From assembly GCA_016125405.1 (NCBI GenBank), contig WGLW01000035.1, positions 5,886 through 69,885 of the forward strand: a stretch of 64,000 nucleotides of DNA, given 5' to 3'. This stretch comes from Alphaproteobacteria bacterium. Lineage in GTDB: Bacteria > Pseudomonadota > Alphaproteobacteria > Caulobacterales > Hyphomonadaceae. The position numbers and the translations under genes were made by a program. Under the pieces are notes generated by a model. The model was not told where the DNA came from and searched no databases. It was given only the letters and a program-made list of their open reading frames with translations. Positions 40,126 to 50,128 of the stretch are shown in pieces. Numbering within the stretch: the first letter of the stretch is position 1; each line of letters opens with the position of its first letter.

Positions 40126-41502
40126 ATGAAGCTTTCCATTGCGACCTGTCTTGCAGCCGGCCTGTTGGCCAGCAGCGCGGCCCTTTCGCAGGCCTCGCTC
40201 GCCCAAGAGGCTGCGCGGGCGCCCGTTGCGGAAATTCCCTCCGCCAAGTCCCAAACCCCGCCGCCCGTAACAGACGCGAATAACGGCGCGAGCGTGGCCG
40301 CGGCGGCTAGTGCATCGAAAGGCGTCGCCGATCGCAGCCAGGCGGTCGACGGCGTCGCCGTGCTGGTGAACGACGAGGTCATTTCCTATTCGGACGTCAA
40401 GAACAGGGCGAAGCTCATCCTGCTCAGCTTCGGCGGCAAGGTTGACGACGCCACGGCCAAGGAAGCCCAGCAGCGCGCGATCGAAAGCCTGATCGAGGAG
40501 AAGGTGCAGCTGAAGGAATTCCACAAGCTGTCGCCGGATCACGACATCAGTGAGGAAGAGATCGACGACGAGCTGGCCGGCATCGCCAAGCAGAACAACA
40601 CGACCAAAGACAAGTTCGTCGCGGATATCGCCGCGCGCGGCATTAATCCGCAAACCTTGCGCGATCAGATCAAGGCGGATATCGCCTGGCAGAATCTGGT
40701 TCGCGGCCGTTTCCGCAACGATGTCCGCGTATCCGACCTGCGGATCAACGAAATGATGACCCGTTTCAAGGAAAGCCTCGACAAGCCGCAATATCGCCTG
40801 GCCGAGATCTTCCTCTACGCCCCGGATGTCGAATCGCGAAAAAATGCGCTCCAGCGCGCCGCCACCCTGCAAAGCCAGATCGAGAAGGGCGCTCCGTTCG
40901 AAATGGTGGCGCAGCAATTCTCCGCGGCGCCATCCGCGTCCGCAGGCGGCGACCTCGGCTGGATCACGCAGGCCGACATGCGCCCCGAAATCGAGGCTGC
41001 CGTCGTGAAGGCCAAACCGCCAACCTTCCTTCCCCCGATAGAAACCGAGGGCGGCGTCTATCTCATCGCCCTGCTGGGCAAGCGCGAGGCGGCCAACCCG
41101 GATGAGGCGAAACTCAGCCTCAAGCAGATCGTTGCACGCGGAGATGGGGCCGAAGCCCTGCTGAAGATCGCCAAGGCGAGAACGAAATCCTGCGACGAGG
41201 TAGCCAAGACAGTCTCGGACAATCCGGGCCTCACGGCGATTGATCTCAACGACGTTGCGCTCGATGGAATGTCAGACACCATTCGCGCGGCGCTCAAGCC
41301 GGTCGAAGTTGGTGGTTCGACCGACATCATCGACGTGACCAACGGCAAGGCGGTCCTCTTCGTCTGCAAACGCACCACGGGGGGCGCGGCCATGCCCACG
41401 CGCGAACAGGTCAAGGCCAAACTGTTCGACACGGAAATCACCATGCTGGCCGATCGCTACCTGCGCGACCTGAAGCGCGAAGCGACGATCATCCGCCGCT
41501 AG
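40126..41502 (+). CDS. surA: periplasmic chaperone/peptidyl-prolyl isomerase SurA
   Basis: Signal peptide from MKLSIATCLAAG; SurA N-domain; parvulin motif (GGDLGW). The ORF track starts at 40102. Confidence 0.88.
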   Translation: MKLSIATCLAAGLLASSAALSQASLAQEAARAPVAEIPSAKSQTPPPVTDANNGASVAAAASASKGVADRSQAVDGVAVLVNDEVISYSDVKNRAKLILLSFGGKVDDATAKEAQQRAIESLIEEKVQLKEFHKLSPDHDISEEEIDDELAGIAKQNNTTKDKFVADIAARGINPQTLRDQIKADIAWQNLVRGRFRNDVRVSDLRINEMMTRFKESLDKPQYRLAEIFLYAPDVESRKNALQRAATLQSQIEKGAPFEMVAQQFSAAPSASAGGDLGWITQADMRPEIEAAVVKAKPPTFLPPIETEGGVYLIALLGKREAANPDEAKLSLKQIVARGDGAEALLKIAKARTKSCDEVAKTVSDNPGLTAIDLNDVALDGMSDTIRAALKPVEVGGSTDIIDVTNGKAVLFVCKRTTGGAAMPTREQVKAKLFDTEITMLADRYLRDLKREATIIRR

Positions 41503-41545
41503 CCCGCCCTACACATCGCGCGCGCTTCATGCTCTACCGCTTGCA

Positions 41546-42571
41546 ATGAGCAATGCGCTTCCCCTCGCCGTGACCATGGGAGATCCCGCCGGGGTCGGTC
41601 CCCAGATTACGTGGTGGGCCTGGCTGCAGCGCCAGAGCGGCCAGAGGCCCTTCTACGTAATCGCTTCAACCGACGTGGCGACACAGGGCTTTGCCGCCCT
41701 CGCCGGCCAGGGCGCTACCGGCGTGACCATGCGCCAGATCGCCGAGCCCGCCGAAGCAGTTTCGGCCTTTCCGGACGCGCTGCCCGTCCTGCCGATAGTT
41801 TGCACGGCGCCCACACCCGGCAGCCCCGATCCCGCAACCGCATCCCCCATCATTGAATCCATCCGCCTCGCTGTCGGCCACGTTCGCGCTGGCAAGGCGG
41901 CGGCGGTCGTCACCAACCCGATCGCCAAGGAACTGCTTTACAAGGCCGGCTTCAAACATCCCGGCCACACCGAATTTCTCGCCGAACTTGCAGCGGCAGA
42001 CGGCAAGGCGCCCCATCCAGTCATGATGCTCGCCGGCGGTGGGCTGCGCGTGGCGCTTGCGACGATCCATCGTCCGCTCGCCAGCGTGCCGGCCGTCCTG
42101 ACAGCTGATCTCATCGCGCAGACCGGACGTATCATGCATGACGCGCTGAAGCGGGACTTCAGCCTTCCCGCGCCGCGCATCGGCCTTTGCGGACTTAACC
42201 CTCACGCCGGCGAAGCGGGATCGATGGGCCGCGAAGAAATCGACATCATAAACCCCGCCGCAGCCCGCCTTCGCGCCGAGGGCGTCAACATTTCTGATGC
42301 GCGCCCCGGCGACACCGTCTTCCATGAAATGCTGCAGGGCCGCTTCGATGCGATCCTTGCGATGTACCACGATCAGGGCCTCATCCCGGTGAAGACGCTC
42401 GACATCTGGGGCGGCGTCAACGTCACCCTTGGCCTGCCCTTTATTCGCACCTCCCCGGATCACGGCACGGCTTATGACGCGGCGGCGAACGGCTCGGCGA
42501 AACCCGACAGCCTGATCGCGGCCCTGAAGCTGGCCGACCGGATGGCGCTGGCCAGGGCTTCTACAACGTGA
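41546..42571 (+). CDS. pdxA: 4-hydroxythreonine-4-phosphate dehydrogenase
   Basis: GDPAGVGP, HPGHTEFL, NPHAGE and TSPDHGTA motifs. Confidence 0.95.
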   Translation: MSNALPLAVTMGDPAGVGPQITWWAWLQRQSGQRPFYVIASTDVATQGFAALAGQGATGVTMRQIAEPAEAVSAFPDALPVLPIVCTAPTPGSPDPATASPIIESIRLAVGHVRAGKAAAVVTNPIAKELLYKAGFKHPGHTEFLAELAAADGKAPHPVMMLAGGGLRVALATIHRPLASVPAVLTADLIAQTGRIMHDALKRDFSLPAPRIGLCGLNPHAGEAGSMGREEIDIINPAAARLRAEGVNISDARPGDTVFHEMLQGRFDAILAMYHDQGLIPVKTLDIWGGVNVTLGLPFIRTSPDHGTAYDAAANGSAKPDSLIAALKLADRMALARASTT

Positions 42572-43422
42572 ACCGCAATACGCCGTTCGGCGCCGCCAAG
42601 AAGTCGCTCGGTCAGCACTTCCTGTTTGATCGCGACCTGCTGCGGCGCATCGCGCTGGCTGGCGGACCGGTTGAGGGCAGAACAGTCATTGAAGTGGGGC
42701 CCGGCCCAGGGGGCCTCACTCGCGCATTGCTCGATGCGGGTGTCGCCAAACTCATCGCTGTCGAAATGGACGACCGCTTTGCCGCTGATCTTGCTTCCTG
42801 GCCGGAGTTTGCGGCGGGCCGTCTTGAGGTCCAGCACGCCGATGCGCGCACCATCGATGCGCCCGCGCTGATTGCGACGGCCGGTGGCTCGCTTCCCGCG
42901 CTGATCGTGGCCAACCTTCCCTACAATGTCGGCACGCCGCTTGTTGTGAACTGGCTGAAGGCGGGTCCCGCCGGGCAGTCGTGGCGAGACACGATGGTGC
43001 TGATGTTCCAGAAAGAAGTGGCCGAGCGCATCTGCGCGGCGCCCGGTGAGGATCACTATGGCCGCCTCGCCGTCCTCGCCCATGGCGCCTGCCGGGCGCA
43101 CATCGCCATGACCCTGCCCCCCGGCGAGTTCCGGCCGCCGCCCAAGGTCGACAGCGCGGTTGTGGTTCTCGAACCGCTTGGGCCCGAAGATGCGTTCGCC
43201 GATCTGGAAGCTCTCGAAACGGTCTCGGCATCGGCTTTCGGCCAGCGCCGGAAGATGCTCCGCGCTGCCCTGAAAACGCTGGGGGGACCGCTCACGCCCG
43301 ATATGCTGCTACAGCGCGCAGGGATCGACGGAACCCGGCGCGCCGAAACGCTGACACAGGCGGAGTTCCGGCGCTTGGCCGAGGTCTGGCGGGCAGCACA
43401 ATCGCAGGACACTGAAAAATAA
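42568..43422 (+). CDS. rsmA: 16S rRNA (adenine1518/1519-N6)-dimethyltransferase
   Basis: LGQHFL, VIEVGPGPGGLT (SAM site) and NLPYNV; GTG start overlapping the pdxA stop. Confidence 0.95.
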   Translation: MNRNTPFGAAKKSLGQHFLFDRDLLRRIALAGGPVEGRTVIEVGPGPGGLTRALLDAGVAKLIAVEMDDRFAADLASWPEFAAGRLEVQHADARTIDAPALIATAGGSLPALIVANLPYNVGTPLVVNWLKAGPAGQSWRDTMVLMFQKEVAERICAAPGEDHYGRLAVLAHGACRAHIAMTLPPGEFRPPPKVDSAVVVLEPLGPEDAFADLEALETVSASAFGQRRKMLRAALKTLGGPLTPDMLLQRAGIDGTRRAETLTQAEFRRLAEVWRAAQSQDTEK

Positions 43423-43435
43423 AAGGACAGCGAAA

Positions 43436-43828
43436 ATGGTTCATGAGGGCGGATGCCTCTGCGGCGCTGTGAGATTCAAGGCGGAAGGAGAGCCGATCAA
43501 TGTGCGCTGTTGCCATTGCCGGGCGTGCCAGAGGGCGATGGGGTCACCCTTCTACGCCCGAGCACAGTTCGACCTCTCGTCCGTGACCATCACCGGCCCG
43601 ACCGCTGCCTGGCCAACCTCCGACCGCATTGAAAGAGTCTTCTGCACGCAGTGCGGCACGCGTCTGTTCTCGCGCCGGCGCGACGGGTCGCAAACCGGCA
43701 TTGCGCTCATGCTGTTCGACGATCGAAACGCATTTTCGCCGACCCTGCATCACTGGGTATCGGAAAAGCCGGACTGGTTGGAACTCGCCGACGGCCTGCC
43801 ACAATACCAGGGTCAGGCGTCGGCCTGA
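43436..43828 (+). CDS. GFA (glutathione-dependent formaldehyde-activating/CENP-V) family protein
   Basis: Cys-rich zinc motifs: GGCLCGAV...CCHCRACQ...FCTQCG. Confidence 0.85.
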   Translation: MVHEGGCLCGAVRFKAEGEPINVRCCHCRACQRAMGSPFYARAQFDLSSVTITGPTAAWPTSDRIERVFCTQCGTRLFSRRRDGSQTGIALMLFDDRNAFSPTLHHWVSEKPDWLELADGLPQYQGQASA

Positions 43829-43849
43829 GACGCGGAAAGCCTCCGCGCA

Positions 43850-44494
43850 TTAGTCGCCCAGGCCGGAGTCCTTCAGCAGCTGGTCGACCATGTTGCCCAG
43901 GGAGGCTCGCTGCCTGCGCGTACGTTCGGCCAGCAGGATTGCCCGCAACTCGCTGAAGGCGCTGTCGAGATTGTCGTTCACGATGGCGTAGTCGTATTCG
44001 CCCCAGCGCAGGATATCTTGCCCGGCCCCGGCGAGGCGGCCAGCAACGCCCTTCGCGGTGGCGCCAGGCCGTCCCTCCAGCCGTTCCTTCAGCTTTGCGA
44101 TCGAGGGCGGCAGGATGAACGCCGAAACCACATCGCCCGCACGAATCGTCTTCAAGGCCCGAGCACCCTGCCAGTCGACGTCAAACACTACGTCGATTCC
44201 GGCCTGAAGGCGCTGCTCCACCTCGCTCACCGGCGTTCCGTAATAATGCTCGAACACCTTCGCCCATTCGATGAACGCATTCTTGTCGATCATGTCCTTG
44301 AACTGCGCGACCGTACGGAAGTGATAATCGACGCCATCGACCTCGTTCGGCCGCTTCGCCCGTGTGGTCGCGGATATGGACAGTTCGACGCCCGGCACTT
44401 CGGTTATCAGACGCCGACACAAGGTCGTCTTCCCGGCCCCGGACGGGCTGGAAATCACGAACATCACCCCACGGCGCGGCCGGTCATTCGACAT
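43850..44494 (-). CDS. gmk: guanylate kinase
   Basis: P-loop SSPSGAGKTT; YYGT; overlaps the yicC 3' end by 11 nt. Confidence 0.95.
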   Translation of the reverse strand: MSNDRPRRGVMFVISSPSGAGKTTLCRRLITEVPGVELSISATTRAKRPNEVDGVDYHFRTVAQFKDMIDKNAFIEWAKVFEHYYGTPVSEVEQRLQAGIDVVFDVDWQGARALKTIRAGDVVSAFILPPSIAKLKERLEGRPGATAKGVAGRLAGAGQDILRWGEYDYAIVNDNLDSAFSELRAILLAERTRRQRASLGNMVDQLLKDSGLGD

Positions 44495-45359
44495 TCTGGA
44501 CCTGCTCCCGGAACTGGTCGATTACCGACTTAAGCGACAATCCGGCGTTCGTCAGCTCCAGACTGGCGGATTTGGAACACAGCGTGTTGGCCTCGCGATT
44601 GAACTCCTGGCACAGGAAGTCCAGCTTGCGCCCCGCCGCTTCGCCCGAGACGAGGATTTTCCTGGCGCTTTCGATGTGTGCGGCCAGCCGGTCCAGCTCC
44701 TCGCGCACGTCCGCCTTGGCCGCCAGCACGGCAGCTTCCTGCATCACGCGTTCAGGCTCGACGCCGCCCTCTCCGGCCAGCTCGGTCAGCCTGCTACGAA
44801 ACCGTTCGCGCACCAGTTCCGGCTGAGTGGACGCCAGTTCGCCGGCGCGCACGACAGTCTCGCCGATCTGGTCGAGCATCGAGGCGAACAGTTTCATCAA
44901 CGCCTCTCCCTCGCCCCGGCGCGCCTCGGCCAGCCCGTCAAGCGCCTGATCGAGACTGGCGAGCAAATCTGCCGCCATACCTTCATCCACGAGCTGGGCT
45001 GCGCGAGACCCGGTTCGCACGATGCCGGGCGCCGCCAGCAGGCCCTCCAGCGCCGGCTTCGCCAGCCCGGCCGTGCTCCAGCTCCTGGCGGTTCGCGCAA
45101 GCCGGGCCAGCGCGCGGCTGTCGATCGATGGGCCGCTTTCGTCCCGCGTGAAATCGACCCTTAACTGAAGCTGGACGCTGCCCCGCGCAAAGCGTTCGCG
45201 AACCTTCTTCTTGGCTTCGAAATCGACCGCGTCGAATCCGGGCGGCGACGCCACCCGCACATCAAGCGACTTGCCGTTGACCGAGCGCGCTTCCCACGCC
45301 CATGCGCCCCACGCGGCCTGGCCCTGCGACCGGCCAAAGCCCGTCATCCCCCGGATCAT
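44484..45359 (-). CDS. yicC: YicC/YloC-family stress-induced endoribonuclease
   Basis: MIRGMTGFGRSQG N-terminus; C-terminal DUF1732-like KLDFLCQEFNREANTLCSK. Confidence 0.88.
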   Translation of the reverse strand: MIRGMTGFGRSQGQAAWGAWAWEARSVNGKSLDVRVASPPGFDAVDFEAKKKVRERFARGSVQLQLRVDFTRDESGPSIDSRALARLARTARSWSTAGLAKPALEGLLAAPGIVRTGSRAAQLVDEGMAADLLASLDQALDGLAEARRGEGEALMKLFASMLDQIGETVVRAGELASTQPELVRERFRSRLTELAGEGGVEPERVMQEAAVLAAKADVREELDRLAAHIESARKILVSGEAAGRKLDFLCQEFNREANTLCSKSASLELTNAGLSLKSVIDQFREQVQNVE

Positions 45360-45372
45360 GGCGTCTCTCCCA

Positions 45373-46533
45373 TCAGCTTCCTTCGCCCGGTTTCGGCGGC
45401 GGAGGAACCTTCTGCTGGGCAGGCTTCGGCGGCGCCTCGGATTTCTCGAACGTCGGCGCGTCGCCCTTATTGGCGTCGTCCGCCTGCGCCTTCAGCGCGT
45501 CCCGCTCGTAGGAGCGGAGATTCGCCACATTCTTCATGTGCTCGGCATAAGTCGATGCGAAAGCCGAATGGCCATCGCTGCCCTTGGCGACGAAATAGAG
45601 CGCATCCGTCACAGGCGGGTTCAACACCGCTTCGATGGCGGCCCGGCCCGGGTTGCAGATGGGCGTCGGCGGCAGACCGTCGATCTGGTAGGTGTTCCAG
45701 GCATTGGGCTGGTCCAGTTCGCTTCGCCGCAGGCCATGCCCCAGCGGTTCACCCTTGGTGAGGCCGTAAATGATCGTCGGATCGCTTTCCAGCCGCATGC
45801 CCCGCTTCAGCCGGTTGACGAATACGGCGGCCACCTGGGGCCGCTCCGCCTCGATGCCGGTTTCCTTTTCAACGATCGAGGCCAGGATGACCGCCTGCTC
45901 CGGCGTGTCGAACGGAAGCCCGGCCTGGCGCTTCGGCCACAGGTCGGAAAGCAGGGTCTGCTGGGCCGAGATCATGCGCGCCACAACGTCAGTTCGCTTC
46001 TGGCCACGCGCCACCATGTAGGTGTCGGGCAAAAGCACGCCTTCCGCGGGCTCTACATCAGGCAGCGGACCGGCAAGGATCGGCTCGTCAGCAAGCCGCC
46101 GAAGGATCATCGCGCTCGTGAGTCCCTCAGGCGCACTGACCGGATGCAGCAGAACGCGATGAGCGATCATCTGATCGATGATCGACTTCATGCTTGCGCC
46201 AGAAGCGATGGCGTATTCGCCAGCCTTCAACTTGAGACTTGCATCCGTCGCCTTGACGGCGAGCCGGAACGACAGCGCATTCCGGATGGCGCCGGCTTCA
46301 GCCAGCTTCCGGGCAATTGTCGGCACGCTCGATTTCGGCTCGATGAGGACCGTGCGCGCCGCACCATCGGCCGTCGACGGGCCAGCCCCGGCATAGACGT
46401 GTTGCGCGTAGAACCAGCCACCCGCGGCCAGCGCACCAGCCAGCAAAACCACGGCAACCAGAAATCCGGTGAGTTTTCCCACGGCGCCGCCCTTCCTCCC
46501 GACGGACGCCGCAGACCTGGACTTCCTGCTCAC
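45373..46533 (-). CDS. mltG: endolytic murein transglycosylase MltG (YceG-like)
   Basis: N-terminal TM anchor; YceG domain (ASIVEKETG, TYQIDGLPPTPICNPG); Pro/Lys-rich C-terminal tail. Confidence 0.9.
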   Translation of the reverse strand: MSRKSRSAASVGRKGGAVGKLTGFLVAVVLLAGALAAGGWFYAQHVYAGAGPSTADGAARTVLIEPKSSVPTIARKLAEAGAIRNALSFRLAVKATDASLKLKAGEYAIASGASMKSIIDQMIAHRVLLHPVSAPEGLTSAMILRRLADEPILAGPLPDVEPAEGVLLPDTYMVARGQKRTDVVARMISAQQTLLSDLWPKRQAGLPFDTPEQAVILASIVEKETGIEAERPQVAAVFVNRLKRGMRLESDPTIIYGLTKGEPLGHGLRRSELDQPNAWNTYQIDGLPPTPICNPGRAAIEAVLNPPVTDALYFVAKGSDGHSAFASTYAEHMKNVANLRSYERDALKAQADDANKGDAPTFEKSEAPPKPAQQKVPPPPKPGEGS

Positions 46534-46534
46534 A

Positions 46535-47818
46535 CTAGTCGGCCTGTTTCAGCACCAAGGCTGCGTTTGTGCCCCCGAAGCCAAACGAATTCGACAGCGC
46601 CGCCCGGACCTTTTTCTTCACCGCCTTGTGCGGCGTCAGGTTCAAGGGCGTCTCGAAGGAAGGATTGTCGAGGTTGAGCGTAGGCGGGATCACGCCATCA
46701 CGCATCGCCAGGACGCAGAAAATCGCCTCAACAGCGCCGGCCGCGCCGAGCAAGTGGCCAATCGCGGATTTAGTCGAGGAGAGATGCGTATTCTTGGCGG
46801 CGTCGCCCAGCACGCGTTCAACCGCGTGAACCTCGATCTCGTCACCCGCTGGCGTCGATGTGCCGTGCGCATTGACGTAGTCGATCTCGGACGGGTCCAG
46901 GCCGGAACGCTGCAGCGCCGTGCGCATCGCCCGTTCGCCGCCGTCGCCGGTCTCGTCAGGCGTCGTGATGTGAAAGGCGTCGCCCGTCAGACCATAGCCG
47001 ACCACTTCGGCGTAGATTCTCGCGCCACGCGCCTTGGCGTGCTCGTACTCCTCTAGCACCACCACACCCGCGCCCTCGCCCATGACGAAGCCGTCGCGGT
47101 CCTTGTCATAGGGACGCGACGCCTTTTCGGGCGTGTCGTTGAACGACGTCGACATGGCGCGGCAGGCGATAAATCCGGCGACGCCGATCCGGCAGACCGA
47201 CGCTTCCGTCCCGCCTGCGACCATGACGTCGGCATCGCCCAGCTGGATCAACCGCATGGAATCGCCGATCGCATGCGCGCCGGTTGCGCAGGCGGTGACC
47301 ACCGCGTGATTGGGGCCCTTGAAACCGTACTTGATCGAGATCTGGCCGGAGGCGAGGTTGATCAGCGCGGAGGGAATGAAGAACGGGCTGATCTTGCGCG
47401 GCCCCTTCAAGTGCAGCTCGACAGCCGTGTCCGCGATTGTCGCCAGGCCGCCAATGCCGGAGCCGAGCAGCACGCCCGTGCGGCACTTGTCTTCATAGCT
47501 TTCCGGCTTCCATCCGGAATCGGCGATCGCCTCATCGGCCGCCGCCACGCCGTACAGAATGAACTCATCGACGCGGCGTTGTTCTTTCGCCGACATGGTC
47601 TTTTCCGGATTGAAGGAATCCGGGTCGTCCGCCGATCCGCCGCCACGCCCGCTGGTCCACGGCACCTGGCCGGCGACCTTGCAGGCGAGGTCGGAGGTAT
47701 CGAAGATGTCGATCGGCTTGAGGCCCGACTTCCCTTCGATGAGTTTGCGCCATGAGGCTTCCCGCCCGTTGGCGAGCGGGGTGACCAGACCGATACCGGT
47801 GATGACGACGCGCCGCAT
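46535..47818 (-). CDS. fabF: beta-ketoacyl-ACP synthase II
   Basis: Active-site VVTACATG; HGTSTPAGD; NSFGFGGTNA. Confidence 0.96.
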   Translation of the reverse strand: MRRVVITGIGLVTPLANGREASWRKLIEGKSGLKPIDIFDTSDLACKVAGQVPWTSGRGGGSADDPDSFNPEKTMSAKEQRRVDEFILYGVAAADEAIADSGWKPESYEDKCRTGVLLGSGIGGLATIADTAVELHLKGPRKISPFFIPSALINLASGQISIKYGFKGPNHAVVTACATGAHAIGDSMRLIQLGDADVMVAGGTEASVCRIGVAGFIACRAMSTSFNDTPEKASRPYDKDRDGFVMGEGAGVVVLEEYEHAKARGARIYAEVVGYGLTGDAFHITTPDETGDGGERAMRTALQRSGLDPSEIDYVNAHGTSTPAGDEIEVHAVERVLGDAAKNTHLSSTKSAIGHLLGAAGAVEAIFCVLAMRDGVIPPTLNLDNPSFETPLNLTPHKAVKKKVRAALSNSFGFGGTNAALVLKQAD

Positions 47819-47851
47819 GGTGAGGGCTCCCGTTAATTCGGGTTCAGCGTC

Positions 47852-48085
47852 TCAGACACGTTCCTTGATGAAGCGCACCGCATCGCCGACCGTGCCGATC
47901 TGTTCCTGGACATCGTCCGGGATCTCGATCCCGAATTCTTCCTCGAACGCCATGACCAGCTCGACGAGATCGAGCGAGTCGGCGCCCAGATCGTCGATGA
48001 AGCTGGCTTTCTCGGTGACCTTCTCGGCGTCCACCTCCAGGCGCTCGACCACGATCTTTTTCACGCGCTCGATAACGTCGGACAT
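47852..48085 (-). CDS. acpP: acyl carrier protein
   Basis: 77 aa; phosphopantetheine site LGADSLD. Confidence 0.97.
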   Translation of the reverse strand: MSDVIERVKKIVVERLEVDAEKVTEKASFIDDLGADSLDLVELVMAFEEEFGIEIPDDVQEQIGTVGDAVRFIKERV

Positions 48086-48196
48086 ATCAATCCCTTCTCA
48101 GTATGCCGCCCCGGATTCTTGCGACACGGGGGAACGTTGCGGCGCGTTAACACGCCTGATTTTCATTGACCATAGGCGCCGGTTAGGGCGCAAGAG

Positions 48197-48934
48197 CTAG
48201 AACATAGCCATCCCGCCATTAACATGCAGGGTCTGGCCTGTAATGTAAGCAGATTCATCGCTGGCGAGATACGCTACCGCTGAAGCAATGTCAGCTGTAG
48301 AACCCAGCCGCCCCGACGGAATATTTTTGACCAGGGCGTCCTTCTGTTCGTCCTTGAGGGCGTCGGTCATCGCCGTGGCGATGAAACCCGGGGCGACGCA
48401 GTTGGCGGTAATGTTCCGGCTGGCGACTTCCGCGGCCAGCGCCTTGGTAAACCCGATCATGCCGGCCTTGGAGGCTGCGTAATTGGCCTGCCCCGGATTG
48501 CCGGTGACCCCGACGATCGATGTGATCCCGATAATCCGGCCGTGCCGGCGCTTCATCATGCCCCGCAGGGCGGCCCGCGTCAGCCGAAAATAGGCGCCCA
48601 GATTGACCTCGAGCACGGTCGCCCAGTCCTCATCCTTCATCCGCATCAGCAGACCGTCGCGGGTCAGCCCTGCGTTGGAGACAAGAATGTCCAGCCCGCC
48701 CAGGGCTTCTTCCGCCCGCCCGGCCAGCGCCGCCGTAGCCTCGGGGTCCGAGAGGTTGCAGGCAAGAATGGCAGGCGAGCCGCCAATCTCATTCGCCGTG
48801 GCCTCCAGCGCGTCCATCCGGGTGCCGGACAGAGCGACCTTGGCCCCTTGCGCCGCCAAAGTCTTGGCGATCGCGGCGCCGATGCCCCCGGAAGCGCCGG
48901 TCACCAGGGCTGTGCGTCCTTCCAGGCTGAACAT
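48197..48934 (-). CDS. fabG: 3-oxoacyl-ACP reductase
   Basis: TGASGGIGAAIA; YAASKAG; sits within the fabD-fabG-acpP-fabF cluster. Confidence 0.95.
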   Translation of the reverse strand: MFSLEGRTALVTGASGGIGAAIAKTLAAQGAKVALSGTRMDALEATANEIGGSPAILACNLSDPEATAALAGRAEEALGGLDILVSNAGLTRDGLLMRMKDEDWATVLEVNLGAYFRLTRAALRGMMKRRHGRIIGITSIVGVTGNPGQANYAASKAGMIGFTKALAAEVASRNITANCVAPGFIATAMTDALKDEQKDALVKNIPSGRLGSTADIASAVAYLASDESAYITGQTLHVNGGMAMF

Positions 48935-48946
48935 CCCGGTTTCTCC

Positions 48947-49894
48947 CTAACCCAGCGACGCTGCGAACTTTTCGAGATCGGCCGGCGCGTTCAACGCCGA
49001 CGTCTCGGCGCCGTCCACATTGCGCTTCACCATGCCCGACAGTTGCTTGCCGGCCCCGACCTCGACAAAGCGCGTTACGCCGCCCTCGCTGGCCATCCAC
49101 TGCACGCTTTCGCGCCAGCGCACGCGACCGGTCACCTGCTGCACCAGAAGGGCGCGAATTTCGTCGGGGTCAGTCACTGGCCGGGCCGTGACGTTGGCGA
49201 CAAGAGGTGCGGCCGGCGCCGTGATGGTCGTCGACGAGAGCGCTTTCGCCATCTCGGTCGCGGCGGGCGCCATCAAAGGGCAATGGAAGGGTGCGGACAC
49301 CGGCAACAGCATGGCGCGGACGCCGCGCGTCTTGGCCGCCTCGATGGCGGCCTCGACGCCTGCCTTGGCGCCCGAGATCACCACATTGCCCGCATTGTTG
49401 TCGTTGGCGACCACCACCAGCGCCGTCTTGGCGCCCTCGGCCGCGATCTCCTCCGCCGTCGCAACGTCCACCTTGCCGATCAGCGCCGCCATGGCGCCTT
49501 CGCCAACCGGAACCGCCGCCTGCATCGCCTGTCCGCGCTGACGCAGCAGCCGGGCCGTGTCCGCCAGCGAAATAGCCCCGCCCGCGCACAGGGCGCTGTA
49601 TTCGCCGAGGGAATGGCCCGCCAGAAAGGCAGCTTTATCCGCCTTGATCCCGAAGCCGGCCTCAAGCGCCGCCATGGCGGCGAGGCTCACCGCCATCAGC
49701 GCTGGCTGAGTGTTGGCTGTAAGGGTCAGGGCATCTGCCGGCCCCTCCCAGATCACGGCGGAGAGTTTCTCGCCGAGCGCCTCGTCCACCTCGTCAAAAA
49801 CGGCCTTCGCAGCCGGGAAGGCGTCCGCCAGCTCCTTGCCCATGCCAACCGCCTGCGCGCCCTGGCCGGGAAAGATGAACGCGATGGACGACAT
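48947..49894 (-). CDS. fabD: ACP S-malonyltransferase
   Basis: FPGQGAQ; active site GHSLGEYSAL. Confidence 0.95.
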   Translation of the reverse strand: MSSIAFIFPGQGAQAVGMGKELADAFPAAKAVFDEVDEALGEKLSAVIWEGPADALTLTANTQPALMAVSLAAMAALEAGFGIKADKAAFLAGHSLGEYSALCAGGAISLADTARLLRQRGQAMQAAVPVGEGAMAALIGKVDVATAEEIAAEGAKTALVVVANDNNAGNVVISGAKAGVEAAIEAAKTRGVRAMLLPVSAPFHCPLMAPAATEMAKALSSTTITAPAAPLVANVTARPVTDPDEIRALLVQQVTGRVRWRESVQWMASEGGVTRFVEVGAGKQLSGMVKRNVDGAETSALNAPADLEKFAASLG

Positions 49895-50076
49895 GGAAAA
49901 CCTCTGGAATCACCCGCCGGGGCGTGGGCTTTCCTAGAAACTGGGGCGAGGCCGCGCAAGGGACAGCGTCTAGCGGGCCCCTGCGGGCTTGATTCCCCCG
50001 CATTTTCAGGTATTGACCCCGCTTCGCAATGAGCGGCGGTCCCAAGGCCCATTCCGGGTGCGCGGGATCCATCGTC

Positions 50077-50099
50077 TGCCGGTCGCCCTTCGACCGGCA
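50077..50099 (+). promoter_or_regulatory. hairpin in the rpsF 5' leader (candidate S6:S18 autoregulatory element)
   Basis: tgccggtcg-ccctt-cgaccggca forms a 9-bp stem ending 29 nt upstream of the rpsF ATG. Confidence 0.3.
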
Positions 50100-50128
50100 C
50101 GCGCCGCCGCTCGCAGAAGGGATAAAAC

